This document shows, piece after piece, positions 19,619 through 29,102 of a DNA stretch of 64,000 nucleotides. The stretch's first letter is position 1. Each line of letters begins with the position of its first letter. Source of the stretch: an uncultured Candidatus Saccharibacteria bacterium. Its GTDB lineage: Bacteria; Patescibacteriota; Minisyncoccia; Phycocordibacterales; CAIZLB01. The translations under genes were made by a program, and so were the position numbers. Where the stretch lies: positions 85,151 through 149,150 of the forward strand of contig CAZVIP010000002.1 of NCBI GenBank assembly GCA_964627085.1, read 5' to 3'. The notes under the pieces were generated by a model. The model had not been told where the DNA came from and did not search any database. It was given only the letters and a program-made list of their open reading frames with translations.

Positions 19619-21106
19619 ATGAGAGACAACGAAAACGGAAAAATCCGTTGGGGTTTCGACTCCAGAGCATTTGACATGCATGTAAATCAGCGCTCAGAAT
19701 ACCCGACACCGCACAGCATTGCTCGCGGAAAAGGGACAGTCGGAGCACCGCTTCTGGTTGATGATATCCATAAACACGGAATCACTAGCCTTGGCACGAT
19801 GTCCATCGCATCGATGCGTCACGGAGAGGACTTCACAACAGGTGATGATTGGTTTTTAGCAAGAGCCTTTCTACCATATACCAACGGGCTTTTCTGGCTC
19901 GAAGGAACTTTTGGAATCGCCCACCAACTTGGTTGGGTGGTTGAACTACAAAGGCTTATGCGAATCAAACAGTTATCACTACTGTGTTTTCCGGTGAGAC
20001 AAGGTGAGCCTTCATGCTCGATTGATTTTCATCATACGAGATTTCTGCACACCTACGACGTTATCGTGCACGGACTCTTGTGCGCACACAATGCAGGTAT
20101 TAAAGGCAAGGATCTTATTGCGCTTGAAATTGCGCTTGCTATCCACGACCTCTTTACCCCAGCTTGTGGCGACCTCATGAAATTCGTCGATTTCAAACGT
20201 TTCGACGAAGATGCGAGACTCACAAAGCTTCTGGACCACGAACCATATGTCACCATGTGTGCACATTTTGAAATTGATCCGAAAGAACCGATTCGCATCT
20301 GCCAAGAAAGAAATTGTGCACTCTCACGGATCAGGGATTTTGCTGACACCTTGGCGTATACTGCCAGGGACCTCTCTGCCCTTATGGGATACTTTGAGAG
20401 TGGGACAGCAATGACCCAAACTCAAATATACGAGAATCCTGAAGACCAGGCGCTCCTACAAGAGCTTTTGAGATATCGTCATGACAAGTCCGATTTTGCA
20501 CTTCTTTTTGAGGGTATAGAATTGGATGAAAGAGGAAACCTCGTCTTCAAGAGCGCGGATAGGTTGAAAACTTTTCTGCGCATACGAGCAATTCTTTTCC
20601 GGATTCTTTATTACAACCGCCAAACACGGAACGTCGAATACCTCCTGGGTATCCGACTTGTAAAGATGCTTCTTGGAAAAGGAATACTTACCCTTGAAGT
20701 ATTTGAGGGTCCAAACTCCGACGATGGCTCCATCTGGAGCGGTATCTACAAAGAAACTGGTTACAATCCGTCCTTCATGCACAATGGAGCGATTGGAAAA
20801 ACCACGTCATTTGAGACACAAGAACTTGCAGAAGCACATGTCAAAAAATTCGCTAGCGACACAGTCTGTGGCCTCATTTACAAATGGCCATCACAGACTA
20901 GATCGAAAGTGAATTATTGGTATGTGAAAACTGCCGATGGACCCAAACTTTGGTGCGATCAATTCCCAAATGCAGCCGAAGAGATCAATAGGATTATTCA
21001 GCCTACAGGCAAGTATCATGTTGCTCTCATCAACAAAGTCGAGCTCCCGCATATGAAAGAAAAATACTGGCAAGAACTGAAAAGGTTTGAGCTGGTGCTT
21101 CTCTGA
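19619..21106 (+). CDS. HD-domain phosphohydrolase (SAMHD1/YdhJ-like)
   Basis: LQRLMRIKQL, HTRFLH, IHDLFTPACGD, FADTLAYTARD. Confidence 0.8.
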   Translation: MRDNENGKIRWGFDSRAFDMHVNQRSEYPTPHSIARGKGTVGAPLLVDDIHKHGITSLGTMSIASMRHGEDFTTGDDWFLARAFLPYTNGLFWLEGTFGIAHQLGWVVELQRLMRIKQLSLLCFPVRQGEPSCSIDFHHTRFLHTYDVIVHGLLCAHNAGIKGKDLIALEIALAIHDLFTPACGDLMKFVDFKRFDEDARLTKLLDHEPYVTMCAHFEIDPKEPIRICQERNCALSRIRDFADTLAYTARDLSALMGYFESGTAMTQTQIYENPEDQALLQELLRYRHDKSDFALLFEGIELDERGNLVFKSADRLKTFLRIRAILFRILYYNRQTRNVEYLLGIRLVKMLLGKGILTLEVFEGPNSDDGSIWSGIYKETGYNPSFMHNGAIGKTTSFETQELAEAHVKKFASDTVCGLIYKWPSQTRSKVNYWYVKTADGPKLWCDQFPNAAEEINRIIQPTGKYHVALINKVELPHMKEKYWQELKRFELVLL

Positions 21107-21162
21107 AGACGCGATCTTCAACAATGAACAAGGTGCGCATTCGCATAACTGCGCACCACCTC

Positions 21163-21220
21163 GCACCCATACCCCAAAATTTCCTTAACGGAAGTGGCGG
21201 GGTGTGGGTGCTTTTGTTTT
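21163..21220 (+). terminator. Intrinsic terminator
   Basis: gcacccatacccc...ggggtgtgggtgc followed by ttttgtttt. Confidence 0.75.
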
Positions 21221-21315
21221 AAGAACCCCTTCTATATCCTCAGCGACAATCCAATCACAGCCTTCTGATCCGACAATTGCTGCGCGCTTTATACTAGACG
21301 AGATGTGAATCTTTC

Positions 21316-21798
21316 TCAAGCCGAAAATGTATTATCAAAACTAGAAACAGCATCCTTAACTTCCTTTGAGAATACTTTTCCAGATGCCCAAGGAATGTAT
21401 TCACTCAATTTTTCAGGCCTTAAAAAAAGTCTTTCAGATGTTTCCATTTTTTTGTCAAAAATATTTACTTGAAAAGCGGATGCGGTAAATCTTAATTGAT
21501 AATTAATTTCATTTGTCTCAAGATTTACCACTTTCACTTTACCTAGATATTTAATGTTATCTATTTCAACCATAGCTTCTTCCATGACTTCTCTTTTTAA
21601 AGCCATCAAATAATCCTCCCCAACCTCTGGGTGCCCACCAGGTATTGTCCAGTTTTTACTTTTTACTATCAATAAGTCTTTGTCCTTGTTAAATACATAC
21701 CCGCTCACCTGAGATACACCCTCTTGTGGTATTTCACCGCCATGAGTCCAAATAAATTGATATGTTTTATCTCCAAATTTAACAATTTCTTTTACCAT
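21316..21798 (-). CDS. NUDIX hydrolase
   Basis: PGGHPEVGEDYLMALKREVMEEA Nudix box. Confidence 0.9.
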   Translation of the reverse strand: MVKEIVKFGDKTYQFIWTHGGEIPQEGVSQVSGYVFNKDKDLLIVKSKNWTIPGGHPEVGEDYLMALKREVMEEAMVEIDNIKYLGKVKVVNLETNEINYQLRFTASAFQVNIFDKKMETSERLFLRPEKLSEYIPWASGKVFSKEVKDAVSSFDNTFSA

Positions 21799-21826
21799 GT
21801 AAATACATTATACCCAAAAGATTCTC

Positions 21827-22147
21827 TTATACACTCTCCAACGAATACACATCCATTGCAACCTCATCGTATGGATGAACTTCTTTGATTGCTTGGATGA
21901 CGTCTTGTAATTTGTCGCGTGAGCATACTGTTTCAATTCTTTCTTCAATCACTTCTTCATATTTTCCCACTTCACCGATATGTGGATTTGCACCAGCTTC
22001 AGGTTTAAATCTTCCCACGCCTTTTGATGAAAATGTGCAGTGTGTATAGTTACCTATTTTCCCAGCACCTGCATTACCCATGGCTTCACGAACAATATCA
22101 GTGTGAGTTTCTGGGACAAAGATGACAATTTTTACGTTTGGGGTCAT
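21827..22147 (-). CDS. NIF3/YqfO-type PII-like small protein
   Basis: AGAGKIGNY..C.F...G.GRFKP..GANP.IG and HPYDE. Confidence 0.88.
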   Translation of the reverse strand: MTPNVKIVIFVPETHTDIVREAMGNAGAGKIGNYTHCTFSSKGVGRFKPEAGANPHIGEVGKYEEVIEERIETVCSRDKLQDVIQAIKEVHPYDEVAMDVYSLESV

Positions 22148-22176
22148 ATATGTGTTTAGGATAAATTAGTTTAGTA

Positions 22177-22479
22177 TTAAAGAGTATACCTGGACAAATC
22201 ATTTACCTTCATCTTTGAAAGTACCGGGTTTTTAACAGACTCTAAGACTTTGGTTATTTTAACCCCTGCAATTAGTTCTTTAATAAATTCTATAACTTTG
22301 GTCGGTTCATTTCCTGCAATGATTGCAAAGCGAACAACATTTTCTTTGTCAGATGCATTTTCTGTGAGGCAAACAATATCATTTTCGATAGTGAATTTAC
22401 GAATACGCCCACGCAACATCACACCATGCAGCGCATCTGCATCACTTTGAATTTCATAGATGTCCCAAGTTAATTCCAT
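22177..22479 (-). CDS. Hypothetical protein
   Basis: 100-aa ORF in operon context. Confidence 0.7.
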   Translation of the reverse strand: MELTWDIYEIQSDADALHGVMLRGRIRKFTIENDIVCLTENASDKENVVRFAIIAGNEPTKVIEFIKELIAGVKITKVLESVKNPVLSKMKVNDLSRYTL

Positions 22480-22485
22480 AATATT

Positions 22486-23058
22486 TTATTTAACTAATAA
22501 CACCTCCTCCAACAATTCCGGAAACTTTTCTGTCTTCATGATGTCTAGGACGAAGTGACCTTTGTCTTCAAATTGTGTGAAGTGCGCTTTATCCAATTTT
22601 GATTTGAGAATATTCACGGTAGTTAGAATATCAGGGAAATCGTCGGACGAATATATGACGGTTAGACCCTTTGTCTTATCTACAAGATTCTGATCAATTT
22701 CAAAATTGAAAAAATCAGGCACAACTGATTTTTCAGGATCAATCCATGGTGCAACAAGTACCACTTTTCCTACTCGTACATTATTTTCACTCAGCCAGCG
22801 GACCAAGAATCCCCCACCACAACTATGACCAATGAGAATTGTATTTTCGTCGGGTGTGAATCTCTCTAACATTTCTTTCCACTTTTCATAGCGAGGTTCA
22901 TAGAAGCCTGGCATTTCTGGCGCCTGCGCTTCGATGCCTTTGAGGAGCAATTGTCTTTGAATCCATGGTATCCAATGGTCATTTGATGGAGCTGGGCGGC
23001 TTTCATCCAAATATTCCCCCTTGTCGTTATATCCGTGAATGATGACTGCGGTTTTCAT
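22486..23058 (-). CDS. RBBP9/YdeN family alpha/beta hydrolase
   Basis: IIHG, W.PW, GHSCGG, S.DD, GHF. Confidence 0.9.
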   Translation of the reverse strand: MKTAVIIHGYNDKGEYLDESRPAPSNDHWIPWIQRQLLLKGIEAQAPEMPGFYEPRYEKWKEMLERFTPDENTILIGHSCGGGFLVRWLSENNVRVGKVVLVAPWIDPEKSVVPDFFNFEIDQNLVDKTKGLTVIYSSDDFPDILTTVNILKSKLDKAHFTQFEDKGHFVLDIMKTEKFPELLEEVLLVK

Positions 23059-23062
23059 GGTT

Positions 23063-25078
23063 TTAATTAATTATTTTTATAATACCTGTATTGGCATCAA
23101 CTTCGACCATGTCGCCGTCTTTCAGTGCTCTAGTTGCATTTTTCGTCCCAACAATACATGGGATTTTTAGCTCACGAGAGATTATTGATGCATGGCACAT
23201 AATCCCACCCTCGTCAGTTACAATCGCACCGGCTTTTTTCATCAATGGGATGATATCTGGATTCGTGCTTATCGCGACTAATATTTCACCCTCTTCAAAT
23301 GGTGTATTCGGGTTATTAGATAAAAGCTTGCGCACTTTGCCAGTAACTTTACCTGGATATGTAGATTGCCCCGAAATACTTGAGTTCTCAGATTTTTCTA
23401 TTTCAGAAAATAATTTTTCAGAATTATCGACGTATTTGATTTCTTCGACGCCATCTATATAACGATATACATAACATTCTCCCTTCTCTGCATACTCCTT
23501 TCTGTTTTGAATATGCGCAAAGTCATCTGTCAGAACTTCGTGAATAGTTAGAAAAGCATAGTCGTCCTCATTTACACCATGTGATTTCAGTTTTGCTTTT
23601 ACAGATGGAATGAGTATTCCTGAAAGAAAGCGCGGATAATATGATTCTGACCTTAATTCCTTGCAAGCATTTAGTATTTCGGTGTGAGCTGGATTTTGTT
23701 CATCTAATTTTTCAACTGCAAACATTGGAAATATCACCGAATAGATCGCCAACTCTATTAGTGTTGCGAGCGCTTCGTCTACGGTAGCTGTCTTTTTTTC
23801 ATTGATTACATTTGAAACATTTTTATTCAGCTCTATGCCCTTTTGCAAAATCTCGAGAGCTTTTTTTGGCTCACTTAATGCAATGTCCGCTATTCGATTC
23901 TTCATTTCATCAATAGCACTTACATCACGAAAATGATTTGAAGTATTTCTAGGGTATTCAATAAAGAGACCCTTTTGCATATTTACTCCTATTATCTTTT
24001 TCATCAAATCTCCTGCATACCACATATTCCACACCGACGTCACAAAAAGATCAAATGGCCTAGAGATATACAAACTCCAGTCTACCGACGATTGATTAGT
24101 ATTTATATTTTTAGATCCAGCAGACAAAGTCGTAATCGGCCTACTCTGCACAATATAAAACTTGCCGGCTTCCCAGGCCCATTCGATATCACATGGGAAT
24201 CCATAGTGATTTTCGATAGTGAGAATAATTTCTGAGAGCTCGAGAATTTGCGCATCTGTGAGCACTTGTGAAGAAGCTTTTGGCTCTGCAATGGTCATCC
24301 ATTCATTATTTCCATGTTCAGCGGAAATATTTTCGGAACGATACAAGCCCCTTTCTTGTGTAGAGATATTTTTATCAAGAATATTTCTCGGTTCTTTTTC
24401 AACGACATATGAATCAGGGGTAACTGATCCGGACACAATTGCTTCACCAAGTCCAAATCCCGCTTCGATGATAAGTTGATTATAATCTTCGGTCACTGGA
24501 TGCACCGAGAATGCGATACCAGACAATTCTGATTCAACCATTTTTTGGACGACAACTGCGACGGAAATTTTTGTGGCGTGGAGCTCCTTTTCAAAACGAT
24601 AAAAAATAGCACGTGGAGTAAAGAGCGACGACCAACACAGCTTCACCTTTGTTAAGACATCGTCCTCTGTTGTATTGAGATATGACTCAAGTTGCCCCGC
24701 CCATGCATGATCCTTGCCATCTTCTGCAGTTGCTGAAGACCTGACCGCAACATATTTTGCATTCAGTTCTTTGAAAGATATATGTATCGCTTGTGCAATA
24801 TCCTCTGGCATATCGCGAGATAGGATGAGTGCTCGGATTGCCTCTGAGGCAGATTCGACGGTATGAATTTCTTTGTGATTTACTTTATGTAAAATTGAAT
24901 CAATCTCCTGTACGAGGTCTGTCTCGTGTAAAAACTGCTCAAATGACTCCGAAAGGACCACAAAACCAGGTGGTACTGGGATGCCTGCTTGGGTCATCTC
25001 ACCGAGAGACGCCCCTTTTCCTCCTGCGATATCGGCATTGTTTTTGCTGAGTTCCTTAAAATTACGAATTAATTCCAT
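23063..25078 (-). CDS. PEP synthase/PPDK-type ATP-grasp protein with C-terminal His (swivel) domain
   Basis: GGKGASLGEM, VRSSATAED, DIEWA, QSRPITT; C-terminal TDEGG..CHASIISRE; no PEP-binding TIM barrel. Confidence 0.85.
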   Translation of the reverse strand: MELIRNFKELSKNNADIAGGKGASLGEMTQAGIPVPPGFVVLSESFEQFLHETDLVQEIDSILHKVNHKEIHTVESASEAIRALILSRDMPEDIAQAIHISFKELNAKYVAVRSSATAEDGKDHAWAGQLESYLNTTEDDVLTKVKLCWSSLFTPRAIFYRFEKELHATKISVAVVVQKMVESELSGIAFSVHPVTEDYNQLIIEAGFGLGEAIVSGSVTPDSYVVEKEPRNILDKNISTQERGLYRSENISAEHGNNEWMTIAEPKASSQVLTDAQILELSEIILTIENHYGFPCDIEWAWEAGKFYIVQSRPITTLSAGSKNINTNQSSVDWSLYISRPFDLFVTSVWNMWYAGDLMKKIIGVNMQKGLFIEYPRNTSNHFRDVSAIDEMKNRIADIALSEPKKALEILQKGIELNKNVSNVINEKKTATVDEALATLIELAIYSVIFPMFAVEKLDEQNPAHTEILNACKELRSESYYPRFLSGILIPSVKAKLKSHGVNEDDYAFLTIHEVLTDDFAHIQNRKEYAEKGECYVYRYIDGVEEIKYVDNSEKLFSEIEKSENSSISGQSTYPGKVTGKVRKLLSNNPNTPFEEGEILVAISTNPDIIPLMKKAGAIVTDEGGIMCHASIISRELKIPCIVGTKNATRALKDGDMVEVDANTGIIKIIN

Positions 25079-25155
25079 AAGGCGATTTTATCATAAAAGT
25101 GGCTTTTTCTACAGATAGAAAATCTCAATTTGAAGCACTTTAATACAGACTAAAG

Positions 25156-25644
25156 CTATTCAAGCAAACCCTTTATAGCCTCAATATCATATTCATGCGC
25201 CACCTTTATGTGTACAATTTTTACACCAGCACCTTCAAGTATGGCATCAACCTTTCTATCCCTGCTTTCTCTTTTTGGTAGTGAATGTGATGAGTCATCT
25301 AATTCAATCACAGTATGTGGTGTAAAATACGGTTTCTCAAATAAGACAAAATCAACTACATATCGATTGATTCTATTTCTATATGTAAACTTATGTTTCT
25401 CGTATTTGTTTACAGAAACTATATTTGATAATGCAACCTGTGGAATGACATGATATTTTTCATCAACAACTGAGATTAAAATATCATAAAATTTTCTCTC
25501 CGCAATAGTCATCAAAAACGGTCGCTTAACGAAATGCTTATGATTGCCTGTTTTAATACCTATAATTAATTTTATGTACAAGAAAACTCCTGCGGAGATG
25601 ATGGTAAATAAAATTAAAATTCCGAGTGTATTGAGTGGGTTCAT
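25156..25644 (-). CDS. DUF2726 domain protein
   Basis: N-terminal TM; LMT.AER.FY, VDFVL, IELDDSSH...RD. Confidence 0.88.
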   Translation of the reverse strand: MNPLNTLGILILFTIISAGVFLYIKLIIGIKTGNHKHFVKRPFLMTIAERKFYDILISVVDEKYHVIPQVALSNIVSVNKYEKHKFTYRNRINRYVVDFVLFEKPYFTPHTVIELDDSSHSLPKRESRDRKVDAILEGAGVKIVHIKVAHEYDIEAIKGLLE

Positions 25645-25683
25645 GCATAAAGCATAACATAGGTAATATGGGCTTTATTTTCC

Positions 25684-26214
25684 CTACCGCAAGACCACAA
25701 TACGATGATGATACTGTGCGTGTCGAACAGAGCCATCCAAGAAGCGAGTGATACGTATGTCGCGTTTGCCATCAGATAGTATACGTACATCTGCAACAAA
25801 GAATTCATCACCAGTTTTGAAGAGAAAACGGAAACATGTCCATTCTGCATCGAGTAGATAATCCTTTGCATTATTAACAATAAAGCTCTTGATCTGAGGA
25901 GTAGTCAGTATCAAGTGTTCGAAATTATTATCTACACCACCAAAAATCTTTGGGTACTCAGCATCTTCGATTTGTTCATATACACTAACTTCCACTTCGG
26001 GAGTTGCTTGCTCAGTTTTATCGCATCCCCAATTTTTGAAATCAGGACTGATATAGCTAAATATATCTGTAGCGGATGCAAGTATTTCTGTACCATCAGT
26101 AGCACCGATAGTCACATGTTTGTCTAAAGAAATAAGTTTAAGGCAACCGACAGTGCTTCTTTGGGTAACTTGAGGTGCATCGGGTTCGTTTTGATTTGGG
26201 TTTGTGTTGTTCAT
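25684..26214 (-). CDS. Hypothetical protein (start re-assigned to ATG 26214)
   Basis: Coherent ORF; the longer start would overlap the neighbouring gene. Confidence 0.65.
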   Translation of the reverse strand: MNNTNPNQNEPDAPQVTQRSTVGCLKLISLDKHVTIGATDGTEILASATDIFSYISPDFKNWGCDKTEQATPEVEVSVYEQIEDAEYPKIFGGVDNNFEHLILTTPQIKSFIVNNAKDYLLDAEWTCFRFLFKTGDEFFVADVRILSDGKRDIRITRFLDGSVRHAQYHHRIVVLR

Positions 26215-26299
26215 GTGTTTTTTAGTGGTAAGAATTTTCGGGACTTTTTTTGCGCTCCTTCGGGATTGGATGATTTTGTAATTTAGCTTTGCTTCGCAC

Positions 26300-26935
26300 C
26301 TATAAAGCAAAACTATCTGTACTAAATCCACCCGCAACAGCAAGCTTAATGAATTCCTCTCGTGTCTCCGGAGTCTTCTGATAATGCATTGGTATAATCT
26401 TACCAATCTTCTTAAATTGTTTTACAAAATCAAATGCCTCTTGCGGACCAAAAGTATAAAACGTACCGACAGGTATAAGCGCGATATCTACCTCTAGATT
26501 TGAAACATCTATACCTGAAGGATAAAACATATCTCCTGCAAAATAGATTTTTTGTCCATCAGCTTCAATAAGAAATCCAAAATTTTCTCTAGGTCTTAGC
26601 TTAATATTTGGACCATGATCGACATCAAAAAAATGCACCTTGATACCATCAATATCTATCTGATCATCTACCTTCACTTGAATAATTTCAGATGGCAGTA
26701 GCTCCTCTCCGAGAGCCTCAACACACTCTTCATTGAGATAAATCTTTTTTGGAGAAAGAGTCTTGATCTGTTCGACAGAAAAATGATCACTGTGAATATG
26801 CGAAACTAACATTGCATCAGGAAAAATGCCACTTAACTTTTCTATCGGAGAATAGCTTCCAATATCAATTGCCAACTTATAACCATTGTCAGTTTCAAGA
26901 ATAAATCCGGATTGTTCGTAGTGTGAAATCTTCAT
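26300..26935 (-). CDS. MBL-fold metallo-hydrolase (UlaG-like)
   Basis: SHIHSDH, DH, FAGD, IPMHY. Confidence 0.9.
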   Translation of the reverse strand: MKISHYEQSGFILETDNGYKLAIDIGSYSPIEKLSGIFPDAMLVSHIHSDHFSVEQIKTLSPKKIYLNEECVEALGEELLPSEIIQVKVDDQIDIDGIKVHFFDVDHGPNIKLRPRENFGFLIEADGQKIYFAGDMFYPSGIDVSNLEVDIALIPVGTFYTFGPQEAFDFVKQFKKIGKIIPMHYQKTPETREEFIKLAVAGGFSTDSFAL

Positions 26936-27213
26936 ATTTCCCATTATATCTTGATTTGGAAGATGAGCTAGGTTTTGACATCACCTGAATTAGGCCTTAC
27001 TTAGGCTCTCTTCTCGCCGGAAGGTGTCTGAGGCATGCAAAGAGTTCAATATCTAAAAGGTACAAACTTTGAGAAACGAGAGTTACTGAGTTGCTTGAGA
27101 AGTAAGGCAACAGTACAAAATAAGGCTATATGCATGGTGCGCATGAAAAAAACTATCCAATCAATACACCCAACACGTTCTCCAGTTCTAACCATTTGTG
27201 ATATATTTAAAAT

Positions 27214-27711
27214 ATGAAATTAATATTTACACTTATCAACATATTCTTACTAGGCACCCTAGCTTTTGTAGGGATTGCAAATGATATGTTTGATGAGTTT
27301 TCAAGTTTTATAATATTTTGTTTACTTCTTACCCCTTTAGTTATCGCACTAGCGTATACTAACGGTTCATTCAGGAATCATTTCATTAAGTGGTTACTTT
27401 TTGCTGTTTATCAAATCACAGCCTTGTCTCTATTCTATCTAATATTAGTCGAGAATTCTAACATAAAAGAACTTATTTTAGGCTTATGTACAGTCGGGGC
27501 ACTTGTATTTAATTCTCTGTATATTTTTCAATTTAAAATCAGAAATATAGATCAGATCTATATTAGGATTGCCAAAGAAAAAGAAGAGGGGTACAAGGAC
27601 GAAGGGCTTTGGATTAAAGCAGTTAGTATGTCAGGAGGTAACGACAAGAAAATAGAATCACTATATATAAAACTTAGGGTAAAAAAACTTCTAGAGCAAG
27701 GTGATAAATAG
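27214..27711 (+). CDS. Hypothetical membrane protein
   Basis: Four TM segments plus C-terminal DEGLWIKA...YIKLRV helical domain; very AT-rich. Confidence 0.7.
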   Translation: MKLIFTLINIFLLGTLAFVGIANDMFDEFSSFIIFCLLLTPLVIALAYTNGSFRNHFIKWLLFAVYQITALSLFYLILVENSNIKELILGLCTVGALVFNSLYIFQFKIRNIDQIYIRIAKEKEEGYKDEGLWIKAVSMSGGNDKKIESLYIKLRVKKLLEQGDK

Positions 27712-27913
27712 CACACTTTCAAATATATCAATACTTTGACACGCCCGAGCACAAGACTCTCTTTTTCAAAACCTAACCCCTCCCGATACTATGAGACTGT
27801 CACATGGCTGCATGCATCCAATATTTTGAACCGCAGCCTGCCAAACCCTATAAGGAGATTTAATACCCTTGCATTTAAGACGTAACTTGAGTATCTAAAA
27901 AGTGACAATGACA

Positions 27914-28153
27914 CTAACCTCTGGGAGGAAATGGGTCTCGTCCATAAGTGTTTGATTGCGATATTTTTCCATCTTTATTCTGAACCCTGAGTTCTGCATC
28001 ATTCTTTTTGGCAATTTCTATAGCCCTCTTTACAGCACTTGCTTTATTCACAGCGTGTAAGCTGTCTCGTTTAGTATCCGTCTGATGAACACGCCAACCC
28101 CCTCCTTGCTTTGGTGATACCCATACCTGTTTTTTTGGTGACTGTTTAGACAT
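27914..28153 (-). CDS. DUF2188 domain protein
   Basis: VSPKQGGGWRV...A..IAK...AEL.VQNKDGKI...NTYGRDPFPPRG. Confidence 0.9.
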   Translation of the reverse strand: MSKQSPKKQVWVSPKQGGGWRVHQTDTKRDSLHAVNKASAVKRAIEIAKKNDAELRVQNKDGKISQSNTYGRDPFPPRG

Positions 28154-28757
28154 TTTTTTGATTATTCATTTTATTAAAAGCATCAATAACCTCAAGTTTA
28201 AAAGGCTGATCAGGGGCTTCATATGCTTGTTCTACATACCCTACAGCCAAAGCCAAATCCTCGATACTATTTTCTTGAATACCTTTCTCGTAATAGCAAT
28301 GAGCAAGGTAAAAATTGCATGTATTAATTTTTCTATCATCCCTCAAAACTACCGAAGAATCTCGTAGAGCTTTTAGGGCATCTACAGCCTTACTAAACTC
28401 TTTTGAAACTATAAAAGACATCGCGTACTGTAGCTGGTTTGTATACTCTAGTAATTCCTCATTTATTTTTTTCTCTGCTAAATTAATTCTCTTTTCAGCG
28501 TCATCAATTTTTTCTCTTGATGCGTCAATCTTGAAGCCAGAATAAACAAAAAAAACTGCAAATAACGTTGAAAGGACTGTCATAAAAAATATCCAGTGAT
28601 CATCATCGCTTTCTTGCTGTGGAGCATGATAGTTACAATGAACAACGGGGTATCTTTGATGACTGTTGTCAGACGGGCTATGGGTAAAGAGATAGATCAG
28701 AACACTGAAAAACAGTAGGATAATTGCCTTAAAAATAAAGTCTTTTGATACATTCAT
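28146..28757 (-). CDS. Membrane protein with coiled coil and TPR-like C-terminus
   Basis: Two TM segments, then helical region with FYLAHCYYEKG. Confidence 0.65.
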   Translation of the reverse strand: MNVSKDFIFKAIILLFFSVLIYLFTHSPSDNSHQRYPVVHCNYHAPQQESDDDHWIFFMTVLSTLFAVFFVYSGFKIDASREKIDDAEKRINLAEKKINEELLEYTNQLQYAMSFIVSKEFSKAVDALKALRDSSVVLRDDRKINTCNFYLAHCYYEKGIQENSIEDLALAVGYVEQAYEAPDQPFKLEVIDAFNKMNNQKNV

Positions 28758-29102
28758 TGGTTTAATTATACACACATTGCTTACCATTAACACCCTTCAC
28801 CTGCATTGAAGCGTTAATAATAGTTGTCACTTCCATAAGGCGTGGTAAATCCCCATTGATGTTTAGCAAGCAGAATAAATCATAAAGCTTTTCAATGTAT
28901 TTCTAGAAACGTTCATCTGTTGATCCATTGTTTAATATTTTATTTACACACCTTAGCATCTCTTTCGTGTTGTCCACCTTAGTCATTTACTTCTAACTAT
29001 TGAACCATACATGGTTTTTTGAGCTGTAATATTATTCTGTTTCAAACGATTCTTGGAACAACAAACATATACCTTCGTTTTACTTCACACAAATAATCAC
29101 AT

